A stretch of 64,000 nt of DNA, taken from the NCBI GenBank assembly GCA_045803545.1, contig JBJMOW010000004.1, positions 736,001 to 800,000 of the forward strand, read 5' to 3'. The position numbers were made by a program, and so were the translations under genes. Shown one piece after another: positions 40,247-49,321 of the stretch. This stretch comes from Gemmatimonadaceae bacterium (GTDB lineage: Bacteria; Gemmatimonadota; Gemmatimonadetes; Gemmatimonadales; Gemmatimonadaceae). How positions within the stretch are numbered: the stretch's first letter is position 1; every line of letters starts with the position of its first letter. The notes beneath the pieces are model-generated. The model searched no databases. It had not been told where the DNA came from and was given only the letters and a program-made list of their open reading frames with translations.

Positions 40247-41170
40247 ATGACCAGGCAGACCATTGCAGTCATCGGCGGTACCGGCGCGCAGGGTGGCGGT
40301 GTCGTCGACGCGTTGCTGGCCACCGGCCAATTCACAGTTCGCGTCGTCAGCCGTAATCCTGCGAGCAAGTCGGCTGAAGCGCTCGAGAAGCGCGGCGTTC
40401 AGGTGGTGAAAGGCGATTTGCTCGAGCCGAGCAGTCTGCGCGCTGCGTTCGAAGGAGCTTACGGAGCGTTCGTCGTCACCAATTTCTGGGACCCGGCGCA
40501 GATGCCGAGGGAAACCGAGATCGGCATCGCGGCAGTGAAGGAAGCGCGCGCGGCTGGTATCCAACACATCATCTGGTCGACGCTTCCCGATGCAGAAAAA
40601 CTGACAGGTGGGCGGCTCGAGCTTCCGCACTTCACGGGTAAGGCACGCGTCGACGCCGCGGTCGAGGCCGCGGGATTTCCGCGCCATACGTTCGTGCAGG
40701 CGCCGTTCTACTTTCAGAATTTCCTGGGGCTGCTTGCGCCACAGCCGTTGCCGAATGGTGGACGCGGCTGGGCGGTCCCCATCGAACCCGCGGCGCGGGT
40801 GATCCACGGCGGTGACATCAACGATCTCGGACGGGCCGTTGCAGCGGCTTTCGCAGCCGGCGACAAGCTTGCCAACGGGAGCTATCTCGCCGTGTGCGGC
40901 GGAACGTACTCGTGGAAGGACTTCGTCGGCACGCTGAACGCTCAGGGCCACGACCTTCAGGTGCAGCAGGTGGCCGCCGATCTCTACGACACGTTCTTCC
41001 CGGGTGCGCCCGAAATACGGGAGACGTTTCAGTACTTCGAGCAGTGCACCTACTTCGGCCCGAAGAGCGAATCGCGGATCGCCGCGGCGAACGCGTTGTA
41101 CCCCGCAGGGTTCATCGGCTTTTCGGATTGGGCGGCGCGCAACCTGGCGCCTGAATACGCCAAAACTTGA
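40247..41170 (+). CDS. NmrA/HSCARG family NAD(P)-binding protein
   Basis: GGTGAQGG, PHFTGK. Confidence 0.92.
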   Translation: MTRQTIAVIGGTGAQGGGVVDALLATGQFTVRVVSRNPASKSAEALEKRGVQVVKGDLLEPSSLRAAFEGAYGAFVVTNFWDPAQMPRETEIGIAAVKEARAAGIQHIIWSTLPDAEKLTGGRLELPHFTGKARVDAAVEAAGFPRHTFVQAPFYFQNFLGLLAPQPLPNGGRGWAVPIEPAARVIHGGDINDLGRAVAAAFAAGDKLANGSYLAVCGGTYSWKDFVGTLNAQGHDLQVQQVAADLYDTFFPGAPEIRETFQYFEQCTYFGPKSESRIAAANALYPAGFIGFSDWAARNLAPEYAKT

Positions 41171-41197
41171 CCTCATAAACTGGAAAGGAGACCACAG

Positions 41198-41683
41198 ATG
41201 CTTAACAGACTTTTTGCCACCGACGACAGTGTTTCGGTAGCCGCTTTACGGGTGGTGTTGGGAATTGTTTTCTTCGCGCATGGCGCTCAGAAAATGTTGG
41301 GTTGGTTCGGAGGTTTCGGCTTCTCCGGAACGATGGGTTTCTTCACGGGGACCATGCACATCGCGGCACCGCTCGCCGTGCTGGCGATTGTGGCGGAGTT
41401 CTTTGGCTCGCTGGGACTGATCCTGGGATTTCTCACCCGAATCGCTGCCCTCGGCATCGCCACGAATATGATCGTTGCGATTTTTCTGGTGCACAGAGCC
41501 TTCGGCTTTTTCATCAATTGGACCGGGATGCAAAAAGGGGAGGGTTACGAGTTTCACCTGCTGGTGCTGGCAATCGCAGGATTTCTGGTGGTCCGTGGAG
41601 CGGGCGCGTTTTCTGTCGATGGTGCGATAGCAAAGGCATTGGCTTCACCGTCGCGACAGCCACGTCTCGCCACCCAGCACTAG
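41198..41683 (+). CDS. DoxX family membrane protein
   Basis: HGAQKMLGWFGG, GYEFHL, GAGAFSVD. Confidence 0.92.
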   Translation: MLNRLFATDDSVSVAALRVVLGIVFFAHGAQKMLGWFGGFGFSGTMGFFTGTMHIAAPLAVLAIVAEFFGSLGLILGFLTRIAALGIATNMIVAIFLVHRAFGFFINWTGMQKGEGYEFHLLVLAIAGFLVVRGAGAFSVDGAIAKALASPSRQPRLATQH

Positions 41684-41688
41684 AAAAC

Positions 41689-42819
41689 ATGGAAGTCGAC
41701 AAGACGGCCGCGAAGAAAATTCGCGTCGGCATCATCGGCGCGAATCCGGATCGCGGCTGGGCGGCGCAGGCGCACATCCCTGCGCTGAGATCTCTCGCGG
41801 ATGATTTCGAGATTTCGGCGCTGTCCACCAGCCGGCGTGCATCTGCGGACGCCGCCGGCAACCGCTTCGGTGTAGCTCTCGCGTTCGACAATCATCATGA
41901 TCTCGTGAACAGTGCTGACGTCGATGTCGTCGCCATCACGGTGAAGGTGCCGCATCACTTCGAGCTGGCGACCGCAGCACTGCAGGCGGGCAAAGCAGTG
42001 TATTGCGAGTGGCCACTCGGCAACGGTCTGAAGGAGGCGGAGAGTCTGGCCGCTTTGGCGAAGAAAAAAGGAGTACTGGCCGTGGCCGGCCTGCAGGCAC
42101 GCGCTGCGCCGCCGGTCGCTTATGTGCGCGACCTGATCGAGCAGGGGTACGTCGGTGAGGTGCTCTCAACCACGCTGATCGGTTCCGGAATGGGCTGGGG
42201 GCCGACAGTCGAAGGTTACAACGAGTATGTCAACGATAAGAAAAACGGTGCGACCATGCTCTCGATTGCCGTCGGTCACGCGACGGACGCGCTATGCTAC
42301 TGCCTCGGTGAGATCCGACAACTCTCGGCGACCATGACCACTCGCAGAGAGTATTACACCGTCACCGGGTCGAGCGAAAAAAAGCCCATGGGGGCGGCGG
42401 ATCAGGTGGGCGTCAGCGGACTGCTCGAGAGCGGAACCGCATTCTCGATCCACTATCGCGGCGGCCGTTCGCGGGGCACCAACCTGCTGTGGGAAATCAA
42501 CGGCACCAACGGCGATCTTCAGCTGACGGCCGACGGCGGGCAAGCGCAGATCTATGACTTGACCGTTCGCGGCGGCAACGATGCGCAGTCTTCGCTCGAG
42601 ACACTGCCCGTGCCGCAGCAGTACCGATTGTCGCCAGTGCAAGGTCCCGCCCTGAATGTCGCCCAGGCGTACGCCCATTTCGCGCGCGACTACCGCGAGG
42701 GAACGCATCTCTGCCCGACTTTCGACGACGCGGTCACTCGGCATCTGATGCTGGATGCGATCGAGACCGCAGCGGCGACCGGTCAGCGTCAGCAGCTCAA
42801 TATTCGCCGGCAGCCTTGA
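41689..42819 (+). CDS. Gfo/Idh/MocA oxidoreductase
   Basis: IRVGIIGA, VYCEWP. Confidence 0.92.
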   Translation: MEVDKTAAKKIRVGIIGANPDRGWAAQAHIPALRSLADDFEISALSTSRRASADAAGNRFGVALAFDNHHDLVNSADVDVVAITVKVPHHFELATAALQAGKAVYCEWPLGNGLKEAESLAALAKKKGVLAVAGLQARAAPPVAYVRDLIEQGYVGEVLSTTLIGSGMGWGPTVEGYNEYVNDKKNGATMLSIAVGHATDALCYCLGEIRQLSATMTTRREYYTVTGSSEKKPMGAADQVGVSGLLESGTAFSIHYRGGRSRGTNLLWEINGTNGDLQLTADGGQAQIYDLTVRGGNDAQSSLETLPVPQQYRLSPVQGPALNVAQAYAHFARDYREGTHLCPTFDDAVTRHLMLDAIETAAATGQRQQLNIRRQP

Positions 42820-43113
42820 TACGGTCTGTAGCCTGAACGTGGGTGACCTTTGGATACGCTCTACCAGGGCCGGGCACGGCGGTCCACAGCAGAAGATCCG
42901 AAACCGAATACACCGTGTTGGGCCCGACCTATAAAGAGAACGGCAAGCTGGTGACTGAACACCACGGTTGTCACAAGATGAACGTGTAGAGCGAGGATCC
43001 AGGACAAAGGCGGACCCGCCGGATCGAGGATCGATCGTTGCTAGACATACCTGTGAGAGAAAAGCAGATTGCTACGCGAATCGACGTTCTGACAGGACAC
43101 TTCGGTGCGCTCA

Positions 43114-43818
43114 ATGAGTCAACCCGCCAGCTACGAGAGATCCATTCTCGCCCTTGTGGCCAGCGTCGCGTGCACCTCGCAGCCGCGGTCCGCGCCCGAA
43201 CCCGAACCCGTACCGATGAACGTCGCGGCTGTCGGCGTTCCCGGCGGTTGCGCTGCGCCCGCCGCTGAACACACGGGTGATGCCGGCTGCTATCTGATAG
43301 CGGTCGAGCCGCTGACTGCCGACGCGAGTCACCCAATTTATTGGTATCTGCACACATTCCCGAGTCGGACAGCGGCAGAAAACGCGCAGCCCCTTCGTGG
43401 AACGATTGTCGAGTCCTTCGGCAAAGTGTGGCTGTTGACGATGGCGCAGGATACCTGGCGTCCGCCGTCGGGGGAATTTGTCGCGCGCGTCGGCCCGATC
43501 CCACTGACGGCCGGAAAGTCGTATACGGTTCGGTATATGGAGGCCACGTTCAACCCGGGGATGCATACCGCTCCGCATCGTCACCCGGGACCCGAAGCCT
43601 GGTTTCTGTTGACGGGCGCGCAGTGCCTGGAGACTCCCGATGGAGTCACCGTTGTGCGCGCTGGTCAGAGTGCAATTGTACGGGAGGGTCCGCCGATGCT
43701 GCTGAGCGGCGTAGGAACCAAGGTGCGCCGCGCGCTCGTGCTGGTGGTGCACGATTCTTCACTGCCGTGGACGGCGCCGGCGCACGACTGGAATGCCAAA
43801 GGACTGTGCTCTAGCTAG
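43114..43818 (+). CDS. Cupin-domain lipoprotein
   Basis: Lipobox SVAC; HRHPGPEAW. Confidence 0.8.
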   Translation: MSQPASYERSILALVASVACTSQPRSAPEPEPVPMNVAAVGVPGGCAAPAAEHTGDAGCYLIAVEPLTADASHPIYWYLHTFPSRTAAENAQPLRGTIVESFGKVWLLTMAQDTWRPPSGEFVARVGPIPLTAGKSYTVRYMEATFNPGMHTAPHRHPGPEAWFLLTGAQCLETPDGVTVVRAGQSAIVREGPPMLLSGVGTKVRRALVLVVHDSSLPWTAPAHDWNAKGLCSS

Positions 43819-43877
43819 CCGCGGCTTCCCGAAATCCTGGTTCGCGACCACATTGTTCGTTCTCTCCTGAGTTCGAA

Positions 43878-44792
43878 TCAACGGAACTCTTCTGCGGCGA
43901 TCGGCACATTTATGCTGTAGCTGGTGACCCTCGCGACAGTAACCTGCCGTTTCGATCCATCCGACAGCATCTCGGTTACGCGCCACCCCTCAGGAATCCA
44001 GCCCCAGCGCGGGTCGTGAGTGTAATCGATGACGATGTCCGTCATCGTTTTCTGCTCGAAGGCAACCAGATATCGGCTGACGAGGAACCCGCGCTCCGGC
44101 TCGAGCCAGAGGATCGTCTTCCAGCCCGACGGATCGTGTCGCTCCTCGAGCAGGAAGATCGATCTCCCTCTATAGAATTGACGTCTCTCGTTGGTGACTG
44201 CGCGATCGATCAGGAGGTGCCCCATCGCCGGATCGAGTGGACGGAACGCCATCAGGATCGGTCGGACATCCAGATTCTGCGCGTCGATGTTTGCCGCCGT
44301 TTGCAGCGCAGTTCCTGGCGGGTGATCGAGGAAAGAGGTGATGCGAGTCCGTCCAATCTGACCGTCGAAGACGCTTACGTACGAGTAGTGACGTCGGACT
44401 CCGAGGCCGCGATTGTCGCCTTGCCGGGCAACGACGTCGACACCGTCGGGCTCTTCTCTGCGATCGAGCACGAAGCTGTACCGCATCCGGTCGCCGGAGA
44501 CGGCGAGGTTTTTTTCGACATTGTAACGCCGATCGATCAGCAGGTCTGGTTTGGCCAAGCGCTCACGTTCGGGGTAGCGCGGGTTCGCGAGCCAGCCTTT
44601 GGGATGGATTTGTTCTTCGGTCCAGGCGAAGCGAAAAGAATTCAACCCGCTCTGCCGTTTCTGCCACGCGGCGATGATCTCTGATTTGGTGGGAACCGAC
44701 TTGCTCGGGTCCGGCGGCAGCGATCGAGATTCGCTCTGCGCCAGTAGGAGCGCCGGCATTCCGAAAGCGAGGAGTGTCGCGTATCTGATCAT
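43878..44792 (-). CDS. Secreted hypothetical protein
   Basis: Signal peptide MIRYATLLAF; beta-rich. Confidence 0.65.
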   Translation of the reverse strand: MIRYATLLAFGMPALLLAQSESRSLPPDPSKSVPTKSEIIAAWQKRQSGLNSFRFAWTEEQIHPKGWLANPRYPERERLAKPDLLIDRRYNVEKNLAVSGDRMRYSFVLDRREEPDGVDVVARQGDNRGLGVRRHYSYVSVFDGQIGRTRITSFLDHPPGTALQTAANIDAQNLDVRPILMAFRPLDPAMGHLLIDRAVTNERRQFYRGRSIFLLEERHDPSGWKTILWLEPERGFLVSRYLVAFEQKTMTDIVIDYTHDPRWGWIPEGWRVTEMLSDGSKRQVTVARVTSYSINVPIAAEEFR

Positions 44793-44845
44793 ATTAGGAG
44801 CACGGAATCTGCCGATGCCGCCGGCAAGCGCTTGGATGTACCCGG

Positions 44846-45337
44846 CTACGGCCGAGCCGTCGTCAGCGCCGTTGCGGCTTTCAGGTCGGTGTTGTGATAT
44901 GCGACGACTTTCCATACACCACGATCTTTGGCAACAACCTGCAACAGTCGCGTATGGAACGCGCCTTTCTCATCTTTTGCGACCCCCGGCGGAGCCTGCG
45001 TGCTCGTGACGCTGGTGAGGGTTTCGACGACGGCGACGTCGGGGCGGATGAATCTCAGAGAAACGACATCCTGCGTCAGCGCGCTGTTCTTGAATATCCC
45101 GTCGAAGATTACCTGATGCTGTTTGAGAAAGGCGTCATAACCTTCGAAGTACTGGCCGCGGATGTTGGTGAAGGTTCCCGTGCGCGCGAAATCTCGCGAG
45201 TATCCGACGGCGTCGCCTTTATTCCAGCTCGCGGTCTCATTGTCGACGATTCTGCGAATCGCTGCCCTGTCTGAGGTCCGCTGAGCGCCCAGTTGAGCGG
45301 CGAAGGCAGCTGAGAGGAGGATAATCCGCAACTTCAT
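44846..45337 (-). CDS. SgcJ/EcaC (DUF4440) NTF2-like secreted protein
   Basis: WNKGDA, RFIRPDVAVV, WKVVAYHN. Confidence 0.88.
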   Translation of the reverse strand: MKLRIILLSAAFAAQLGAQRTSDRAAIRRIVDNETASWNKGDAVGYSRDFARTGTFTNIRGQYFEGYDAFLKQHQVIFDGIFKNSALTQDVVSLRFIRPDVAVVETLTSVTSTQAPPGVAKDEKGAFHTRLLQVVAKDRGVWKVVAYHNTDLKAATALTTARP

Positions 45338-45438
45338 GGGAATCTCCAGTTTGTCGGTTTGCCAAAGTTAGGGCCAGTCGGGTTGAAAGTATTCACGAAG
45401 CCCCCCATGAGCGGAAGCTGAGCGTAACGTTGATTCCG

Positions 45439-47001
45439 TCAAGAACGTCCAGCGCGCGAGCGGCAGACAAAGTTGGCGGCGTCCTTGGTGTCGCCCTTAC
45501 CGGAGTAAACTGCACGTCCGGGATACGCGCAAAGCGGTCGGGATATTGTGATTTTGCCGGTACTGTCAGTTTTGGTTGCGGTCACCTGTGACGGCGCGAC
45601 TCCATTCTCCACCCAACGCGTGATGACGTCCAGCCACGGCACTTCACTCGGCGATGGGCCACCGCTGCAATGTTCAACGCTCGGCTCCATGAAAAGTCGA
45701 ACGTAGGCGGAAGCTTTGGGGTCACGCGCGCGCACCTTGTCGTAGTAGTCGACGGTTGCAAGCGGGTTCACTGCTGGATCCGCCCAGCCATGCCAGAGTA
45801 TCAGCCGTCCGTTGCGAGCAGCGAAACGCGAGAGATCCGGGTTGTCCGCATCGACGATCTCGCCCCACGACTTCGCATCGTCCATCAGCGATCCCCGATA
45901 GCGGCTGTAATCCCAGGTCGAATCGTTGAAGATGAAATACTTGCCAGCTTCGGTGGCGAATATTGCTTGTACGCTTGGTACATGCATATTCTCCTGAGCC
46001 CACGCGTCGGGACCCGTGATCCAGCTCGACCAACCTTCGGGGTCGTTCTCTCCGCCTATCGGTTGTCCGGCATAAATGATCTTGCCGCCGCGATCGGTAA
46101 CTGGCGTGTAAATCCGCGCAATCACTCGACGCTGCGCCCTTGTCAGACAATCAGGCGCGAGGTGATCCTGCGGGCATGCCTTCACGCTCCCGAGGTCGAA
46201 GTGGCAGTCTCGCGGATCGTCGATGATTCCGTCCGCGATACCGTCGAGCCTGTCGCACTTCTCGAGAACCTTTGCACCGACTAGTGCAAGGTTCTCTTTC
46301 GTGACGATTGGGTGCTGGAAATAGCTCGGGTCCGGAAACGCAGCCTGCGTATTCTTGAGGAATGAAGCGACGATCCGAGTCCAGTGCGCTGCGGGTGCGC
46401 CGCTAATGATACCGTCAAAATCTTCCGGGTAGCGCTGCGCTTCCATCAATCCCTGACGGCCGCCGTTGGAGCAGCCTTCGAAGTAGGAGTACCGCGCCTC
46501 CGATCCATAGAACGCTTTGGCCAAAGCTTTGCCGACGACGGCGGTGCGATGCACGCCGAGATAGCCGTAATCCCGTTGACGCTCCAGCTCGTTCAATGCC
46601 CACCGCGCCGTTGCTCCTGATGCCTGGTGGCCGGTATTGGTGCTAATGGTGAGATATCCACTCTTCGCGCTTGCGAGCATCTCCTCGTTGATGCTTCCGG
46701 CGAAGCCGCCGTTGCCGCCCATCAGCAGGCGCTGGTTCCAGTCGTTCGGCAGGATCGCGGTGAAGCCGATGCTCTTGCCGATTACTCCGGACACCCGGCA
46801 ATGCGGCGCGCGAACCTTATAGCTGTCGCCCACGGAGTCTCGGACATCGACGACTTCTGTGAGCCGCACCTCATCGAGCGTAACGCTTCTCAGATTCGCG
46901 CAAGCGTTTGACGCAGCCGTGAGATGAGGGAGCTGCTGCGCGGAAAGATTGATGGCCGAAAGTGTGAAACTGATCGTCATTGCCTGCAGACATACTCTCA
47001 T
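45439..47001 (-). CDS. Tannase/feruloyl esterase family hydrolase
   Basis: GNGG, GCSNGGR, HGWAD, HCSGG, RPLCAYP. Confidence 0.93.
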   Translation of the reverse strand: MRVCLQAMTISFTLSAINLSAQQLPHLTAASNACANLRSVTLDEVRLTEVVDVRDSVGDSYKVRAPHCRVSGVIGKSIGFTAILPNDWNQRLLMGGNGGFAGSINEEMLASAKSGYLTISTNTGHQASGATARWALNELERQRDYGYLGVHRTAVVGKALAKAFYGSEARYSYFEGCSNGGRQGLMEAQRYPEDFDGIISGAPAAHWTRIVASFLKNTQAAFPDPSYFQHPIVTKENLALVGAKVLEKCDRLDGIADGIIDDPRDCHFDLGSVKACPQDHLAPDCLTRAQRRVIARIYTPVTDRGGKIIYAGQPIGGENDPEGWSSWITGPDAWAQENMHVPSVQAIFATEAGKYFIFNDSTWDYSRYRGSLMDDAKSWGEIVDADNPDLSRFAARNGRLILWHGWADPAVNPLATVDYYDKVRARDPKASAYVRLFMEPSVEHCSGGPSPSEVPWLDVITRWVENGVAPSQVTATKTDSTGKITISRPLCAYPGRAVYSGKGDTKDAANFVCRSRAGRS

Positions 47002-47035
47002 CGCGCCTCCCGGCTGCAGAATTCGCTCGCGATCG

Positions 47036-49153
47036 CTACCCGCCCGTTGTGCCCGTCGGCGACGGCCCATTGATCCACCGCGCCAGCCACTCGCGCACCT
47101 GGCTATAGAAGAACCTGCTGTCCTCCGGATTGAGAATCCAGTGATTCTCGTTCGGCCAGATGATCAACTTGCTCGGCACTTTCTGTCGCTGAAGCGCGGT
47201 CCAGAATTCCAAAGCGTTATTCATGGGGACTCTGAAATCCCGCTCGCCCACCGACACGAGTACCGGCGTCTTGAGATTCGCCGCCAGTCTCATCGGCGAT
47301 TGCACACGCCAGAGTGAGACCGTGTCCCACGGCGGACCGCCGATGTTGCGCTCGCGATCGTAGTTGTAATCGCTCGTCGCCCACTGCGTCTCGAGATCCC
47401 ATTCCCCGGCGTGACTGACGAGCGCGCGGTAGCGAGTGGTCGTGACCGCCAGCCAGTTCGTCAGATGTCCACCGTACGACGCGCCGCCCGCGACCTGCTT
47501 CGATGCGTCGATGAACGGATACTGTTTGATCGCTGCGTCGGCTGCTTCGTTGAGATCGTTCGCCGGACCCTTGAGCGGATCGAACTGGATGTCCTGCGAG
47601 AATTTCTCGCCGTAGCCGGTCGATCCTCGGTAGTCAGTCATCAACACCACATAACCCGGCGCGCCGAGCAGGTGCGGATTCCAGCGCAGGCCAAAGTTGT
47701 CGGTCCACATGTTGGCGGCGCCGCCGTGAATGAGAACGAACAGCGGATACTTCTTTGTCGAATCGAAGTTGGGCGGCAACGCCATGAAGCTGTGGATCTT
47801 CTCGCCGCGACTGTTGGTGAACCAGAATTCGCGCAGCGGCTGCCAGTCGATTTGCGCGACGCGGTCGTCGGTGAAGTGCGTGAGCGCCGCCCACTTGCCG
47901 GTGTTGAGGTCGATGCGACCGACCTCAGGCGGATGCACCGCGCTCTGCCAGTTCGCCACTACTATAGTATTGGTCGTTCCACCGACGCTGAGCCCGCCGT
48001 ACGCTCCAGCTTTCATGGTGCCGACTTCGCGCGTCTCGCCGCCATTCGCCGGGACGCGGTACAGCTTCACGAATCCCTGGTTCTCGGCGGTGAAGAAAAT
48101 CGTCTTGCTGTCGGGGCTGATCTCGAAATCTCCGACGGATAGATCGGGACCACCGGCGACGATTTTGTAGTCGTTCCCCATCTGCCCGAGCGTCCACTTC
48201 ACGATGCGAGTGTTGTGGAACGTCTTGCTGTCAGTGGGCTGCATGGGCGCGTACAACGACTTGCCGTCGGGACTGATTTTCGGCGAGCCGTAGTCTGCAT
48301 TGTCAGTCGTGATTTTCGGTAGCTCACCGCCGGACGCGGTCACTCCATAGAGCGCAGTCACGACATCCTTGTACGTCCACTCGTTGCGATTGGTGGTCGC
48401 GGCGAAGACGACGGCGTTGCCGTCCGGCGTCCACGCCGCGCTGATTGATTCACCAGCGTTGCCGAGCTGTCCACCGAAGCCGGCGTTCTTGACGAGCTGA
48501 GTGCCGGCGAGGATGTCGCGCGCCGGTCCGCTCGGATCGAGCGGCTGAATCCACAGACTCGCTTTGCGCTCGTCGAGCCAGTGATCCCAGATGCGGATCG
48601 GCGAGCTCTCAAACACGCGCGCGTTGTATTTGCGCCCACGTCGCTCGCCGACAGCCATGCGATTCGCCGAGTCGGTGAGCGCGCCCGGGTACGTCATGGT
48701 GCTGAAGAGGATCGCGCGTCCGTCGGGTCGCCAGTGCGGCGACGACGCGCCGGTCGAGACGCTGGTGACGCGCGCCGCCTCGCCGCCCTCGGCGATGTTC
48801 ATGACGTAGATCTGCGACGTCGAATCATCTTCGCGCCGCGCCGAGAATGCGATCCTGCGTCCGTCCGGACTCCACTCGACGCCGCTCTCGCCGCCTTTGG
48901 TGTTAGTGAGCTTTCTCGGTTGTGAGGAGCCGTCGGTGAGGACGATCCAGAGATCGCTGACGGTTTTCGACTCGTCGTAGGATGGTTCGGTGACGGAGAA
49001 GACTGTCCATTTGCCGTCGGGGCTCACGACTGGCGCTCCGACGCGCTTCATCATCCAGACGTCTTCGTGGGTGATGGTGTGGCGGGCCGACGGAAGCTGC
49101 GACGATGCAGCACGAGAACTCAGGACAAGTAGAATCGCAACACCAACTTTCAT
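47036..49153 (-). CDS. S9 family dipeptidyl/acylaminoacyl peptidase
   Basis: IHGG, GASYGG, DFRVP, ENHW. Confidence 0.94.
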   Translation of the reverse strand: MKVGVAILLVLSSRAASSQLPSARHTITHEDVWMMKRVGAPVVSPDGKWTVFSVTEPSYDESKTVSDLWIVLTDGSSQPRKLTNTKGGESGVEWSPDGRRIAFSARREDDSTSQIYVMNIAEGGEAARVTSVSTGASSPHWRPDGRAILFSTMTYPGALTDSANRMAVGERRGRKYNARVFESSPIRIWDHWLDERKASLWIQPLDPSGPARDILAGTQLVKNAGFGGQLGNAGESISAAWTPDGNAVVFAATTNRNEWTYKDVVTALYGVTASGGELPKITTDNADYGSPKISPDGKSLYAPMQPTDSKTFHNTRIVKWTLGQMGNDYKIVAGGPDLSVGDFEISPDSKTIFFTAENQGFVKLYRVPANGGETREVGTMKAGAYGGLSVGGTTNTIVVANWQSAVHPPEVGRIDLNTGKWAALTHFTDDRVAQIDWQPLREFWFTNSRGEKIHSFMALPPNFDSTKKYPLFVLIHGGAANMWTDNFGLRWNPHLLGAPGYVVLMTDYRGSTGYGEKFSQDIQFDPLKGPANDLNEAADAAIKQYPFIDASKQVAGGASYGGHLTNWLAVTTTRYRALVSHAGEWDLETQWATSDYNYDRERNIGGPPWDTVSLWRVQSPMRLAANLKTPVLVSVGERDFRVPMNNALEFWTALQRQKVPSKLIIWPNENHWILNPEDSRFFYSQVREWLARWINGPSPTGTTGG

Positions 49154-49321
49154 TGTGCCTCTCCCGAGCTGCGGTTGAGCGACGCGCGATTCGTACCACG
49201 TGAGTTGCGCTATGAAGACTCGGTATTTCTCGGCGATATCGTTGATTCTCTTGTACGAACCCTGCTTATCTCTTTCGATGACGTCCGCGCGCGCCGCCGA
49301 ATCACGATGGAGGCACTTTTT

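Noticed and set aside
42820..43100. Protein-like reading (ETEYTVLGPTYKENGKLVTEHHGC) in an intergenic gap
   Set aside because: Possibly a gene remnant, but no start or identifiable family
24973..47001. Integron-like cassette array
   Set aside because: Mixed gene orientation, no repeated attC-like sites, no intI
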